From Eledone cirrhosa (lineage: Eukaryota), in assembly GCA_964016885.1 (NCBI GenBank), contig OZ024743.1:15934001-15998000 (forward strand): 64,000 nt of DNA, in the 5' to 3' direction. Under the pieces are notes generated by a model. It saw only the letters and a list, made by a program, of their open reading frames with translations, did not search any database and was not told the DNA's origin. Position numbers and translations under genes: made by a program. Positions 25,544 to 39,261 of this stretch are shown here, piece after piece; within the stretch, counting starts at the first letter, position 1, and each line of letters starts with the position of its first letter.

Positions 25544-26974
25544 GGGAAAGAGTCAGGATCTAGCTGTTGAAATGGCTGGAGCTCAGCCGTCAGGGGTCCT
25601 GTCTCTTTTTCTATTACCCACTCTACTACCTTAAGTATTGAGTACTCTGGTCCACCTAGTATCTTACCACACTCTCTTTGTTATATATGTATGTATTTAT
25701 ATGTAAGTAAGTGCCGTACTAAGAGTGAGAAATGAAATTTCGTTTCCATATGTATTTATATATATATATATTAGTAAAAAGGAAAAGAAAATGCTGACAA
25801 ATTTTTCCCAGTGAAAAATAGTTTAATTAGGAATAAGTATAAATTAGTAATAAGTATTAGTTAGTATTCAGTTTTAGTTTTAAGTTTTTACCAGTGCGCA
25901 TTTCTTATGCTTTTCAAAAATAATTTTGAGATAGAAAGCTTGTGATTTTTGCAACTCTATTTCAAAATTATTTTTGAAAAGCATAACAAATGCGCACCGG
26001 TAAAAATTTGTCAGCATATTCTTTTCCTTTTTACTAATATATTACAACTCATGTGTCACACCTGTATTTTTTAAAATATATATATACACTTTGTCTCTCT
26101 CATACACACATCTATATCATCATCCATTTCATCATTAAACATCCATTTTCCACGATGTTGGATGTTTTATTTCAGACCAACACAGTACTTATGTGGAGTT
26201 ACTGACCTCTCAGATGGGCCATCTGCCAGCATCTCAGCTACATATATTGCTGTACTCTACCAAGATTAGTTTATTATGGTACAACCACTAGAGAGGATGT
26301 CATGTTTTTGATAAAGCTTGAGAATTCTCAAAAACATTACTTTAGCAGGTTTTCTTAGGCTGAAAGCACTTCCTAGCACAAACTAATTTACAGAGTGTGC
26401 TGGATGTATATTTTATCATGGCTCCAGCACTAAGGAATTTGACAGTCATAGACTTCAGTTAAGAGTCATTTCTACTCAATGATGGTAGGATTGTAAGGTG
26501 GAAATAATGTAGGGGAAGTAGGCAAGATGATTATATAGTGTGTGACAAGTTGTGTGTGTGGAAGGATCACAATTTCAATGTTATATATGTATGAGTGTTG
26601 TCTGGTGAAGAGAAAGATTGAGCAAGTATGTCATAGGTGTAAGACACCTGTGGTCAATTTTGAAGGTATCATGAGAAGGTGGAAGTGATCTTAGGTGGAG
26701 AGGAATGTACACTGATGGTGGATGAGAAGGTCAACTCATGTTTATATGCTGGCAGATCAGTTATGACAAGCACCACATCACCAACACTTGCAGTTGTTTG
26801 TTGAATCTTTCATGAGATTCAGCTTCTATGGATTCATAGTTGAAATGTGTAAGAATACTAAATCTGACAGTTGATGAGGCAAAGAAGTTAACACATTCAA
26901 ATCCTGAGCTTGCCATACTTGTAAATGATATAAGCTTCCCCCACGGACTTCAACGAAGTTGATGGAGCATACAT

Positions 26975-27278
26975 ATCATCATCATCTTCATCATCATCAA
27001 GGGTGGGACGGGAAATGCAAGGGTGGGACGGGAACTGATTCTGGCTTGAATTCTACAGCTACATGCCCTTCCTAACACCAACCTCATTTACAGTGAGTGG
27101 TGGGTGCTTTTTTGCCGTGGCACCTCCACGACCACTTTGCAGCTGAGTAAACTGAAGCAATATGAAATAAAGTGTCTTGCTCAAGGAAACAACACATCAC
27201 CCGGTCTGAGTCTGAGAATTGAACTCACAACCTTTCGATTGTAAAGCCAATGCTCTAACAACTAAGCCATGTGCCTCC
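26975..27278 (-). mobile_element. tRNA-derived CORE-type SINE
   Basis: Reverse complement of the family at 39262-39650, with internal deletions. Confidence 0.75.
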
Positions 27279-27465
27279 ATATATATATATACATATATAT
27301 ATATGGAGGAAGTTATAGTTCACTTGACGCATTGTGTAATGAGGTAAAAACGTTTGTATATGTATAATAAAGCCAAAACAATGCAGGTATGGACATAGAA
27401 TAAAGAATGTAAATGCAAAAGATATTGTTGACAATTAGTCTTTTACCTTAGATTTATTTAAATGT

Positions 27466-27500
27466 CCTTAATTTTCGAGATAATATCTCTTCTTCGGAGG
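27466..27500 (-). ncRNA. Variant minimal HHR-like motif in PLE terminal repeat (second copy 30320-30354, +)
   Basis: cct-CCGAAGA-a-gagat(att)atctc-GAAA-AT-TA-agg; core has C in place of U4 in both repeats. Confidence 0.4.
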
Positions 27501-27904
27501 GAAGTAAAGCGGTTAAACCAGTGTTCTAAATAGCTTGCCAAGTCATGCTGACAGGAAATGGTATAGAGTATCTGTTCTATCTCTAATGTCAAAGAGTTAA
27601 GGTTAGGTGGATAAAGAGTAGTCTCCCTTTAAAAGGTTTTTTTTTTTACATGCCTGTTTAAGTGTGTGGGAGAATGTGTGAGGTGTAAGTATGTGTGTGT
27701 GTGAGTGTAAGAAGATATGTCTATACGTAAATGTGGGGGGATAGATGTTATCTCGTGTTAGAACTGGTCTTTGTGTGTGTATGTGTGTGTGTGAGAGAGA
27801 ATAGGTGGAGGTGTAAGCGCGCGTGTGTGTGTGTGCGTGCGTGTGTGCGTGCGTGTGTGTGGGAGGGGGTGTAAATACGGGGCTAGATGCTCTATCAAGT
27901 TATA

Positions 27905-30065
27905 AATTGGGTGTTGAGTTCTAGTCTATTATTGATTGGTGGTTGTGTTTTGTCTATAATTAGTGCTTCCTTAATTCTAAGATTGCCGAGGTTTCTTTCC
28001 TTAGTTTCTATCCTAACTGTTATGGTTTTGTCGGTGTTTTGCATTTAACTAGGTGTATCTTAAATGAGGAAGCGTTAGTATTCAGGTGTTCTTTTATTCT
28101 TATGTAGAGTGTTCTGGTGGTGCTACCTACGTAGAAGTTGCTGCATTTGTCGCACTCTAGTCTGTATACGACGTAAGCTTGGTGGCATAGGTCTGTGTCG
28201 TTGATGGGGCAGTTGGCTAGCCTGCATCGGTTGTCATGTCTGGTGGAGTGTCTTTTGGTTAGCTGTCCGCGTAGAGAAGGAGCTGAGTGGGCCAGTTGGA
28301 TATCTAGTCCCTCTCGTCTGATAGCTCTGCGGATGGCTGTTGTTGTTTCGTCACTGAAGTGTGGGAGCTTCAGGAAACAAGTGTTAGTGCCTCGGTGTGG
28401 TGTCCTCTGTTCTTTCTGGCACGGTTTGTGGTTGATGTCGTGTATCCGTTCAGTTTGAGTACTTCCAGGAAATGTGTGGTGTGTGTGTCTCGGTCTCTAA
28501 CGTCGGTGCATTTGTTCCGGATACGTGTTAGTTCGTTCCTTATTTATGCGAACTTAGCGCTGGCTGGGAGGGCCGATCTGAAATGTACGAACAGGTCCCT
28601 GCTGGCGGGCGGCTTTTTTATAGAAGCAAGTGTAGATGTTGCCTTCCTCTGTTACCCTGAGTTGGAAGTCCAGTAGGGATAGGGATCCGCGGTCATCGGG
28701 GTGTTCCACGCTGAACTTTATACTGGCGTCCATACTGGGGAATGTTGTGTATATTTTATCCGCCTCCTCACGGGATGATATAAGGATGAGTATGTCATCT
28801 ACATATCGGGTGAAGAAGGTATGGGAATGGCAGGTGTTGAGGGCTCGGTATTCTAGCTGGTTCATATAGGTGATGGCCAGCAGGCCCGATAGGCTGGATC
28901 CCATGGGTAATCCTGTTGTCTGTCTGTATGTGTGGTGGTGGAAGGTGAAGTACGTGTTGTCCACTGTGAAGGACAAAAGCTGGTGTATGTCCGTCGGAAG
29001 GAGGCCGTAGCAGTGGATGTCCTCTGCGACCACGCAGTCCGTCTATATATCGACAGCTGGATGAGCGGGGACTGTAGTGTAGAGGGAGACAACGTCGAGG
29101 CTAAAATCGTATCTATTTAGTTTAAGTTGTTCTGGCTGGAGTTGGTGTAGTCTACGTATGATTTCGTCGGATCTACTGACGTGCCCGGGAAAGGTGGAGA
29201 GTAGAGGCTTGAGGACCTGGGAGAGGAGCCAGAAAAGTTTGTATAGGGGTCCTTCTATGCTAGAGACGATGGGTCTTATTTGTGTCTTAGTACTATTCTT
29301 GTGGGTCTTGATGAGGTGGTAGAACGTGGGCAGTCTGCTATTTCTAGTGGTGTAGTTGAGCTTAACTTTATTTGGGAGTTGTCTTCTCTTACAGATGTCG
29401 AACCAGATGGATTTGGTCTGTTTTTCGATCTGGGCTGCAGTCATATCGATCTGGGCTGCAGTCATGTCGCTTAGGTGTTCAAAGGCTAGGTTGTTGTATG
29501 TGGCTTGAGAGATGACGCAAAACTCTTTACCTTTGTCGGATGGTAACTATATAAGTTCCCTATTCCGTAGGTCGTTCAGGGCGAGTTGTTGTGTCCTGGA
29601 GAGGTTTGGGGCTATCTTCTTCTGTTTCCGTAAGATGTTAAATACGGCATGTTTTAGCCTCGAGAGTTTTTCTTCAAGCTCGCGGTTGGCAGGCGGTGGA
29701 CAGAGTGGGCGATCCAGTTGGTATATCGGGAATCTGGGTTTGTTAGGTTCTGTGGTGTTGTTTGCCGAGAGTCGATATCCATTTTAGTTGGTAGGCAGCC
29801 CGACAGAAATTCGTTTCTATGTCGAGCCATAATTTGTCGTCCAGTCTCTGTTTCAATATGAACTTGGGACCCAGGCTGAGGAGGTCTAATTCCTCTCGGG
29901 AGAGGGATTCTGTTAAGTCTGTGACGAGGTGTTTTGCGTCAGGTGTGTTGTTGGTCAGGGCGCCGCTAGGTTCGGTGTTGGTACCATCTTGTTCGCCTCT
30001 GTTGGTGCTTAGAGTTGGGATGTGGTTAAGACGGTTAGCCGTGCTGAGTTTTAGAAATGTTTGCG
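27905..30065 (-). pseudogene. PLE RT + GIY-YIG polyprotein, frameshifted
   Basis: LSREELDLLSLGPKF; LPTFYHLIKTHK..IRPIVS; FSLDVVSLYTTVP; YRQTTGLPMGSSLS; YVDDILIL; VVYRLECDKCSNFYVGSTTRTLYIRIKEH (GIY-YIG). Confidence 0.92.
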
Positions 30066-30469
30066 GTTAGGCGTATTTTCTCCCCCACATTTACGTATAT
30101 ACATATCTTCTTACACACGCACACACATACTTACACCTCACACATTCTCCCACACACTTAAACAGGCATGTAAAAAAAAAAACCTTTTTAAAGGGAGACT
30201 ACTCTTTATCCACCTAACCTTAACTCTTTGACATTAGAGATAGGACAGATACTCTATACCATTTCCTGTCAGCAGGACTTGGCAAGCTATTTAGAACACT
30301 GATTTAACCGCTTTACTTCCCTCCGAAGAAGAGATATTATCTCGGAAATTAAGGACATTTAAATAAATCTAAGTTAAAAGAGTAATTGTCAATAATATCT
30401 TTTGCATTTGCATTCTTTATTCTATGTCCATACCTGCATTATTTTGGCTTTAATATACATATACAAACG

Positions 30470-30566
<97 letters not shown>

Positions 30567-30849
30567 GATTTACATATACTTAAAGTCATAGATATATATG
30601 TTTTGCAACCGGTCATGTTGTGGCTCAATGAAGAATTAATAAATTAAATAATCAGAGCAATATATCATAAATCATGTCCTAAGAATTATTACATAAAATA
30701 TATTCCATTTCCTTTTAGACATCCAATTAACAGGATATATCCAGAGTATCGGACTCATTAGGAGTAAACTCAAAATTAGACATTTAATTTTCCAAAGTGA
30801 TCGCGCCAATATTTTATCTAATAATTCTAAGGACATGATTTATTATATA

Positions 30850-31649
30850 CTAGCATTAAAGCCCGGCGTTGCTCGGGGTCATTAAGTTACCAAAGTTAGG
30901 TTGCACCACCCATTTTATGGCAGCACTTTTTTGTCTGCCAGGCACTGGGTGAATGAAATGCAAACCTGGAAGCATGAGCTGCGCCAGCAGTGACAATTGT
31001 AGTTTCGCCTATGGATATTATCTCTGTGCAAAAAAGTGTTGACATTTATTGTTTCACAGTACTTGCGCAACACGCGCGTAGACGATGCCAGCCGAACAAC
31101 AGAGCTGCGATGGAGTTGTTCTGCATGGTTGTCTGTGTGTTTTCTAAATTTAAGACAGTAGGGAGGGTTGTGATATGAGGGAGAGTTAGCTGTTGTTTCT
31201 AGCATGTTTAAAAACCTCATAGGGGATATATGTTTTCTAAATTTAAGACAGTAGGGAGGGGTGTGATATGGGGGAGAGTTAGCTGCTGTTTCTAGCAGGT
31301 TTAGTAACCTCATAGAGGATATGTGTTTTCTAAATTTAAGACAGTAGGGAGTGGTGTGAACGGACAGTATCACCATCAAGCTTGGAAAGAGAAAGTAGCA
31401 GAAAGTATGAAGTTGTATAGATTTTGAATGGTAATATAAAGCATTCAGCAGTTTAAATGAGAGAGAAAAATCGTAAAATATTTAGTTTTATCTATTTTTT
31501 GCGTAATTGTGGGTGAAATTGAAAAAATTATCTGCGTCAAGACGCAATCGAAACTATTTCTAATACTGAATTGTAAATTTCAATTGAAATTCTATATCGT
31601 AGATTTCTATAACGAAGGAGCATGACCACACACTGAGCTTTATAGATTA

Positions 31650-31652
<3 letters not shown>
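30850..31652 (-). mobile_element. Non-autonomous Helitron-like element
   Basis: On the minus strand it starts TC (forward ga at 31645-46 or 31651-52) and ends with hairpin cccgagcaacgccggg then CTAG (30850-53), between A and T. Internal ~92 bp tandem repeat (~2.4 copies) at 31135-31360. Confidence 0.7.
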
Positions 31653-31707
<55 letters not shown>

Positions 31708-31709
<2 letters not shown>

Positions 31710-32283
31710 ACATGGCTTAGTGGTCAATCGAAATGTTGTGAGTTCAATTCTCAGACCGGGTGATGTGTTGTTTCCTTGAGCAAGACACTTTATTTCACAT
31801 TGCTCCAGTTTACTCAGCTGTAGAAATGAGATGATAGGGACTGGGGTCCCTATCATTCCACTGCAAAGTGGTCGTGGATGTGCCACGGCAAAAAAGCACC
31901 CACCACTCACTGTAAATCAGGTTGGTGTTAGAAAGGGCATCCAGCTGTAGAATTCAAGCCAGAATAGTGGTTAGAGCATTGGCCTTGCAATCGAAAGGTT
32001 TTGAGTTCAAATCTCAGACCGGGTGATGTGTTGTTTTCTTGAGCAAGACACTTTATTTCACATTGTTCCAGTTTACTCAGCTGTAGAAATGAGATGATAG
32101 GGAACCCAGTCCCTATCATTCCACTGCAAAGTGGTCGTGAAGGTGCCACGGCAAAAAAACACCCAGCACTCACTGTAAATGAGGTTGGTGTTAGGAAGGG
32201 CATCCAGCTAGAAATCAAGCCAGAATCAGTTCCCATCCCACCCTTGCAAGCAGGGAAAAGCAGACGTAAAATGAAATGTTGAT
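31708..32283 (+). mobile_element. Two tandem tRNA-derived CORE-type SINEs
   Basis: tggcttagtggt A box, gagttcaattc B box, ccttgagcaagacacttt...ctgtagaaatgagat CORE-like block, repeated from ~31966; ends in RTE-type tail. Confidence 0.8.
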
Positions 32284-33019
32284 ATATATATATATTCTTT
32301 GCTTAAATTTTAATCTGTTATTTTAATAAATATATATATATATATATACATAATATATATATATATATATATATACATCTGTCTTTCTTTCTCACTCAAT
32401 CAGTTGGTAATCCCATTCAATCCTGTATAACATGGTGCTACAAATGTTTGCATGTGCATGTATGTACAAAGTGATCAAGTTTGAGTTGTGTAAACTGAAT
32501 AAATTGAAATAGAATGAATAGAATGAATAAAATGTGAGTGTAAAACATCCATCACACACTTGTTTGTAAACCTCTTTGGGCATAAATAATCTATAATGTT
32601 TTTCTGCTTGTCAAAGCATTCACATGTCTCGGTATGTGAAATTAATTTGAAGAAATAATCAATATAGTTTCATGTAATAAAACAATATTTTGAAGACCTA
32701 TAAATTTCTGCATCAAACTAGAAATTAAAAAATGTATAAGACATTGGATTTCCACAGGTTCAGCAAGGTAACACAAAGATACACATACTTGATTATATTT
32801 TCAATAAATTTAAATGAAAGGTAAAAATGTGAATTATGCATTACTTGGAAGTCTAATTTTTAATTTCAAATATCAAGCATTTTTTTTTCCTGTTGCTCCA
32901 TTGAACATAACTCCCTAGTTTTTTCATGTCCACTTTGTTGCAAGAATTCAGACTAGTTATTTAGTATGACAATGACTTATGTATCATGAATTTCCTCTCC
33001 AAATGTAGGGTAGATTGTA

Positions 33020-33290
33020 TGGAGAATTTCTAAGTTCTGCAACATTGCACAATAATCTGACATATGAATGCGGGTAATGTGTGAAAGTTGGAAAGAAATG
33101 AAAGAAGCATGCTCCACTTGATGCGTAACATTAGCTTACATAAAGAACAAAGCACAGATGAGTTGAAAGAAAAAAATTGACATGAAAGGAATCAGGTGTT
33201 GTGTGCGAGAGAAAAGATTGTAATAGTATGGATATTTAAGTCACAGAAGTGGAAAACTGAGGATGACATGAGAAGAGGTTGTAAAGTTGA
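33020..33290 (+). pseudogene. Highly decayed RTE C-terminal fragment
   Basis: KLERNERSML.LMRNI...GIRCCVREKRL similarity to 55560-55720. Confidence 0.55.
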
Positions 33291-34645
33291 TAGCAGCTAG
33301 AATAAAAGCTGAAGTTTGACTGGTCTGTTTAGGTTTTGAAGATCTGAAGATCCTCTGGCTATAGTTGTATTACACATAGGAATATTTTTGTTTTGAAAGC
33401 GCATTTTTATTTCATTGTCAATTGATCTTTTCTGTGATAAGGGAAACATGCATAACATTTATAAAATTTCTTAATTCCACCCCTAATCCTGGTTTATCAT
33501 TTACTATCCTACTTTGTGAGGTTAAATATGTGCAATTATTGGAACTGACACAATGGAGTTTACTTTGGGTGATTTGGTCCTACATGACTTTGATTGTAAT
33601 AACATATTTGTGCTTTAAGTCTTCTTCTCATATCACAATACGGTAAATGTCTCTACTTGCTAAACTTGTTTATATATAAAGTTACTTTCATATAAAATAA
33701 ATGGTGCATGGTTTAGGAAACCTGGGAACAAAACGTTTTTTCAAGAGGTTAAAATGAATGTAGAAGATGACAAATGCTAAAATCTATGTTAGAACAATTC
33801 CACTGAAACCATGCAAGCATAGAAAAGTGGATGCAAAATTATGATGATAATTGTAATGACTTATTACTGCCATATCAAACAAAGCAAAACTATTCAAATC
33901 AACACTGAAACAAATAACATATTGTAGCTACAGGGATTGAAATTTTAGGACAAATAAACTACTCAAACGCTTATTCTTGTCTGAACAATCTCTCATTCAG
34001 CAGAATGATTTCAGTTGCTGTAAACATGTAAATATTCCCAAATTATTTAACACAGTGGGCATAAATAAATTTGTATGAAATAAAACAACAATAGCCAATG
34101 GAAATTTAATATTCTAAAGAATTATATAATACATGAAGAAATATGTTGGTATATTACATTAGAACATGAAATGATACTGTAACCTTATATCAATGATGCA
34201 ACTGAGTGATCTTAGTAATCATCATCATCATCATTAATATATATATAGAATATAAGGCTGCTAACTACTCCATGTTTCCTTGTGCCTAACCTTGTATATA
34301 TATATATATGAAAATTTGACAAAGTTGTTTACAGCTAAAATATTCATAACTATTTACTATTAAATGATATCCAGTGCAGTGTGTGATTGTGGGATATTTA
34401 TCGACAAGATACTTAGACAGGCTGACAAACATATGCCTGTATGCACACACACATACACACAAATATATAACAAAGTTGTATGTGAATGTGTATACAGCTA
34501 TGCAAAAGCTAAATTCTATTTCTATTTTAAGTTAAGTCAACTTATACATCTGTGTATGCAAATGAGGCTAATCAGACCATTTACAAAGAAAAAAAGCTAT
34601 ATATTTTCGCCTGTGTTAAAGTTCAGCAGTAGGAAGAGGAAAGCA

Positions 34646-34688
34646 TTGTCCTGATGAGAACCATTTAAGTTTGAAATGCATAGTTATC
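34646..34688 (+). ncRNA. Decayed minimal HHR motif
   Basis: CTGATGA-gaac(catttaa)gttt-GAAA-tgca-TA; palindromic stem III ATGCAT; stem I poorly paired. Confidence 0.4.
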
Positions 34689-34960
34689 CTGCTTGCATCT
34701 GCTGGACACCACTTGATGGCACTGACTGTCAGTTTTCTATTTATAGTTGTGGCTTTCAAAATGCTTATTTATAAACATACCGTATATCTTAAGATATATG
34801 AAATTCAGATATATATTTGTATACAGCTATGTTGAAGCTAAATTCTAATTATATAACCAAAATGTTAGCAAATTACCCTTAGCTAAGACTCTATTCCATT
34901 CTTTTTTTATGTTATTTTTTTCTGAAAATTGCAGGCTAATAGGTTTGTTGTTGAACTATA

Positions 34961-35130
34961 ATGGTGGAGACTTCTGGTAATCTTGGTCCCCAAACCAGCT
35001 CTCTAATCATTACATTGGTTGTGGAGTTGGCCCCCCACAGGCATGAGGCTGGCAATTTGGAATGGCTATTTCAACACATCTCCCTCACTGACCTCTTTGG
35101 TAACACTTTCTCCATTTTGTCCACTGGGAC
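34961..35130 (+). pseudogene. CRE-clade-like non-LTR retrotransposon C-terminal relic
   Basis: VETSGNLGPQT...WLFQHISL....GNTFSILST resembles the CRE C-terminal VET.G.WG...LFQR.S.A.QRGNA..ILG pattern. Confidence 0.55.
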
Positions 35131-37759
35131 CAGGAATTTGTTTTTGTGCCTGGGCTTCTGGATGCCAGTGAACATTCTCCCACATTGACGAGGCCTATAT
35201 CACTAGGGTAGTAATGGTATATATTACTAATATCTATGCTTGCACACTTTTAACTACAGAATATTAAGCTTTACTTAAAAGCTGAGGTATGTTGATTTGT
35301 TTTGGAGGCAAGATCTATATTTCTGTGCCGATGAGATCAAAGTTAAAATTTTAAAACACATTTACTGTACATAGTTGCCTTGTACATTCTATGAAAGATT
35401 ATGGTCCCTTCCTTTAATTCAACATTGAAAGTTAGCAGCTTCTTGTGGTGAACGTAGACTGCTTCAATTTCACTAGCCTCAGAAGTCCTGTTGAGATATA
35501 TGACCAAGTCCCTACATGCCGAGGAAAATTATATATAAAAAAGAATTGGGAAAAACAGCATCAAACAAGAACTGAAATCAAGTTGTGGACTTCCTTTGCT
35601 AGCTGTTAATCATTTGCTCTGTTTTGTTTACCATAAGAATAATGATGATAATGATAATGGTAGTTATTAGACATATGTGAAGACAGAGGAAAAGGTGGTA
35701 GGGAGATTAAGTGCAACCAAAATAATTTCTACAAAGTCAACAACAAGGATGGGTTTGAGTATTGTGGAAGAAAAGCAGAGATGATGTAAATGAAAAGTAA
35801 AGAAAAAAAACAACATAAAAAAATAAAAACAAATAGAAAGTAGCAGACTAGAGTAATTTAGAAAATGAAACAACCATCAGCTACTGACAGTTTAAATCCA
35901 TTATCAAAGTAGGAGGTCAGTAGCATCATGTTTTCATTTTACCTGTTTCTTATTCTTTTCCTTTTTTTAACATTTTCTTTTTCCATTTGTTGGTATTTAG
36001 TAGTTGGCGGGTGGTTTATTTTATTATATTCCTCCTGCTTTTCTGTATTTTATTTTCTGTAAAGAAACGTTGTCATTAATTTATGTACTAAATTTCAGGT
36101 TTTTAAAAAGAAAATAATTTGCATAGCATAATAGATTTATAATTGGTTACATTGATTTTACTGCAGTGTTAGTTTTCCAGTCTATTAACCTCTAATTTTA
36201 TGTTCCTATCAACATTATATTTTGATTGGAATGTATCCTCTAGTGATCTTTGCACACCATTTTTTCTGAAATCCTAGAAATAGCAGCCAACCCTCTCTCA
36301 GTCAGATCTGAACAACTTAGTAAATTGCATGTTGGGTAATGTGGTCCTAAGATTCTCTTAATATAGGAAAATGACAAGATGTTCATGGCTAGAATGCATT
36401 TCACAATAGGGCACCTCAATCAGAGATGGTCTAAGACTAAATAACAACATATACTTGTATCATGTGGCCAAGATTGCTGCTGGAACTAAATTTCAATCTT
36501 CCCATAACATTCTAAGCTTCTTTCTCAGAATAGTCAAAATAGTCATTACTCAAATGTTAAATGTATTTGTCTAACTTCTAATTGTCGGTTGAATCACTAG
36601 GTTGGTGGAGGGTTTATTTTAAGGAAAACTTCAAACAGCAAAATCATTGAGGGATAGGTGCCATTTTCCAGTGTTTGGTTTTGACTGAATCTGAGAAATC
36701 TTTCTAATGCCTCTTTTTAACTTGGTATTAGTGTTTCAATTGTCGTTTATCATGTAAGCGCATGTAATATTTGACACAATATAAAGTTAGCACAGAATTA
36801 GATTTAGAACTACACCAGCAGGTTCAATGGTGCAGTGAAATAATCACTGGCTTATATACTCTTTACATTTGCTAGTTCAAGCATAGCATACAAGTAACAA
36901 TGCTAATACCTAATATGATGTTTTTGTTTTCTTAGCATGCTGAATAGAGTTACAAATAATCTAGCCATGCTGAAAGAAATGTGGGTATCTAAGACTAGTT
37001 TTATGATCTGATGAGTTCATCTGTACGACAACTTTTTGCATCATTCTTACTAGCATTCGGTAATTGATGAAGTAAAGGGATATTAGACTATTCTTTTGAA
37101 CGTGTTTTGTAGAAAATTTTGAGATCATTTTCCCATCACCTGGTCTCAGTACCCCAATGTTCAAAAAGTTCCAGCTTCATTGGGACTCCTTCGATAAGTC
37201 TTATTATCAAACTATCCTCGTTGATGATGAGCACATGGAATATTTTTACATGCAAAAGAGGGAAGAGATGGTTGAATAACTACTCACTATAATGCTTTCT
37301 GGATATAATCAATGAGAAGATTAAGCCGAGTTTATAAAGCTCTCCTTTCTCTATCTGGGTGGTTGGCCATCTCTCTAGTTTTTTTTCTTGGTCCCAGGAA
37401 CTTACCACACAGCTCGTTGGATATAAGGCCATATATGTGATCAAGGCAATTCTATTCAAAGAACGACTTAAGCTTACAATATGTAATTCAAGAGATCGAC
37501 AAAAAGTCATGCTTAGTTGTAAATTGCATTCAAAAATAGTGTTTCTATATTTAGCCCCAATAATATTATGTATTTAGAAGGTATTCCACCTGCTTATTTT
37601 CATTTTAATTTGTTCTGTTGTGTGGTTTCTACATTAGATTTAGTAAAGTGAACAGAAAGTACAATATACTACAGGTTAGATCGAGAAAATCATCGTCAAT
37701 AAAAAGATGTGAAAGTGTGCAACATTTAAATATTAATTGATTGATCTAATTCAGCAAGC

Positions 37760-38010
37760 ATCCTAGAATAAGGACAGGCTGGAAGAAGTTTAGGGAGCTG
37801 CTTCCTCTGTTGATAAAGAAGGGTGTTTCCATGCCTATGAAAGGATGGTTATTTGATGCCTGTGTGGCATACGCGATGCTGCATGGTAGTGAGACATGGG
37901 CAGCAACTGCAGAGGATATGCGACGGCTGGAGAGAAATGAAGCAAACATGCTCCGTTGGATGTGCAATATCAAAGTGCGTGAACGACCAAGCATAGATGA
38001 GTTGAGAAAA
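37760..38010 (+). pseudogene. RTE C-terminal fragment
   Basis: GWKKFRELLPLL...MLHGSETWAATAEDMRRLERNEANMLRWMC. Confidence 0.85.
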
Positions 38011-38850
38011 GGAAGTTATAGTTTTCACACATGGATGTGAAAACTATAACTTCCTTTTTCTGGATGTGAAAATGGTGGTGGATGTGAAAACTATAACTTT
38101 CTTTTTCTTTTTCTGCACACATACTAATTTGATCTATACAAAAAATACCCTCCCACTACAACCACCATAATACTCTTGCTTACCCACTTAAAGTGCTTGT
38201 ATTACATGTAATACCTTGCCACACAATACTCTTATATAAATGAGACACACTTGCATGCTCCATGTATGACTAATGCATACACTATCTACTAGATCTGATT
38301 ATTGTGTAATCTGCCGCATTTATTTTAATTTTGATTTTAAATTTGAATTACTATACAAATATAGTATAGTATAATATATGTCACTCCACTGTACATCAAT
38401 ATATATATATGTATCTGTATGTCTCTTGCGTTGGATAGGAGGTCAATTATATATACAAGCATTAATAAATGCTCCGAAGACTCCAAGCCTAGGTTTGGAT
38501 GAAACAATTGTAAGTGAATAAATGTTTTGAACATAGCTTTGATTCTTGTGAATTCTATATAACTGCTTTGTAGAACAACCAATGTTCTTACATTGAGCTA
38601 TTTATCTTACTGGTAATAAGGTAGTAATAAATTACTGACCCTCCCTGTTTATAGTTTAAAAATTTACATAACTATAAATAGTATCCTTAATATATATCTA
38701 TATATATAATATATATGCAGAGGTTGTATTTAATTTGTTGGGTTTCAACAAGCTTAAACATTTTTATAACTGATATAAAGCACTCAACAAATTTGTGGAG
38801 TAAATATTCAATATATTAATAAATTGAAACTATATTTATAAAACCATAAT

Positions 38851-38916
38851 TATTTTATTATATATATTTCAAGGACAACCAAGGCAAATTTTAGTGCGCT
38901 TTCATCAGATAAAACA
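38851..38916 (-). ncRNA. Type I HHR motif, mirror copy
   Basis: Reverse complement tgttttat-CTGATGA-aagcgcactaaaatttgccttggttgtcctt-GAAA-tatata-TA^ataaaata. Confidence 0.65.
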
Positions 38917-39055
38917 CAAATTTGTTTTATAAATAAATATTGACATACCCGCATAAAGACAACCTTAACGGTTGTGGTTCGACTATCCAGCGAACCTCAA
39001 GTGTTAAGGCTGTCTTTATGCGGGTATGTCAATATTTATTTATAAAACAAATTTG

Positions 39056-39121
39056 TATTTTATCTGATGAAAGTGCACCAAAATTTGACTTGGTTGCTCT
39101 TGAAATGTATATAATAAAATA
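39056..39121 (+). ncRNA. Type I HHR motif with long stem II
   Basis: tattttat-CTGATGA-aagtgcaccaa(aatttgac)ttggttgctctt-GAAA-tgtata-TA^ataaaata; stem I 8 bp perfect. Confidence 0.7.
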
Positions 39122-39261
39122 ATTATGGTTTTATAAATATAGTTTCCATTTATTAATATATTGTATATATATATATAAAGCCGACCTTACCCAATTACAC
39201 CTCTCAAAGGTGATGACACATGACAGTGACCTCTGGCGTCACACAGTAATATATATATATG

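Larger units (their letters stand above)
27347..30472 (-). mobile_element. Penelope-like element with ~390 bp inverted terminal repeats
   Basis: 27347-27741 is the reverse complement of 30081-30472; RT and GIY-YIG coding lies between them on the minus strand. Confidence 0.92.
38810..39163. mobile_element. ~160 bp inverted repeat with an HHR in each arm
   Basis: caatatattaataaat...aagacaaccttaac / gttaaggctgtctt...atttattaatatattg. Confidence 0.8.

Noticed and set aside
36961-37577. Short ORFs as host exons
   Set aside because: No recognisable domain or consistent splice structure; possibly old repeat debris.
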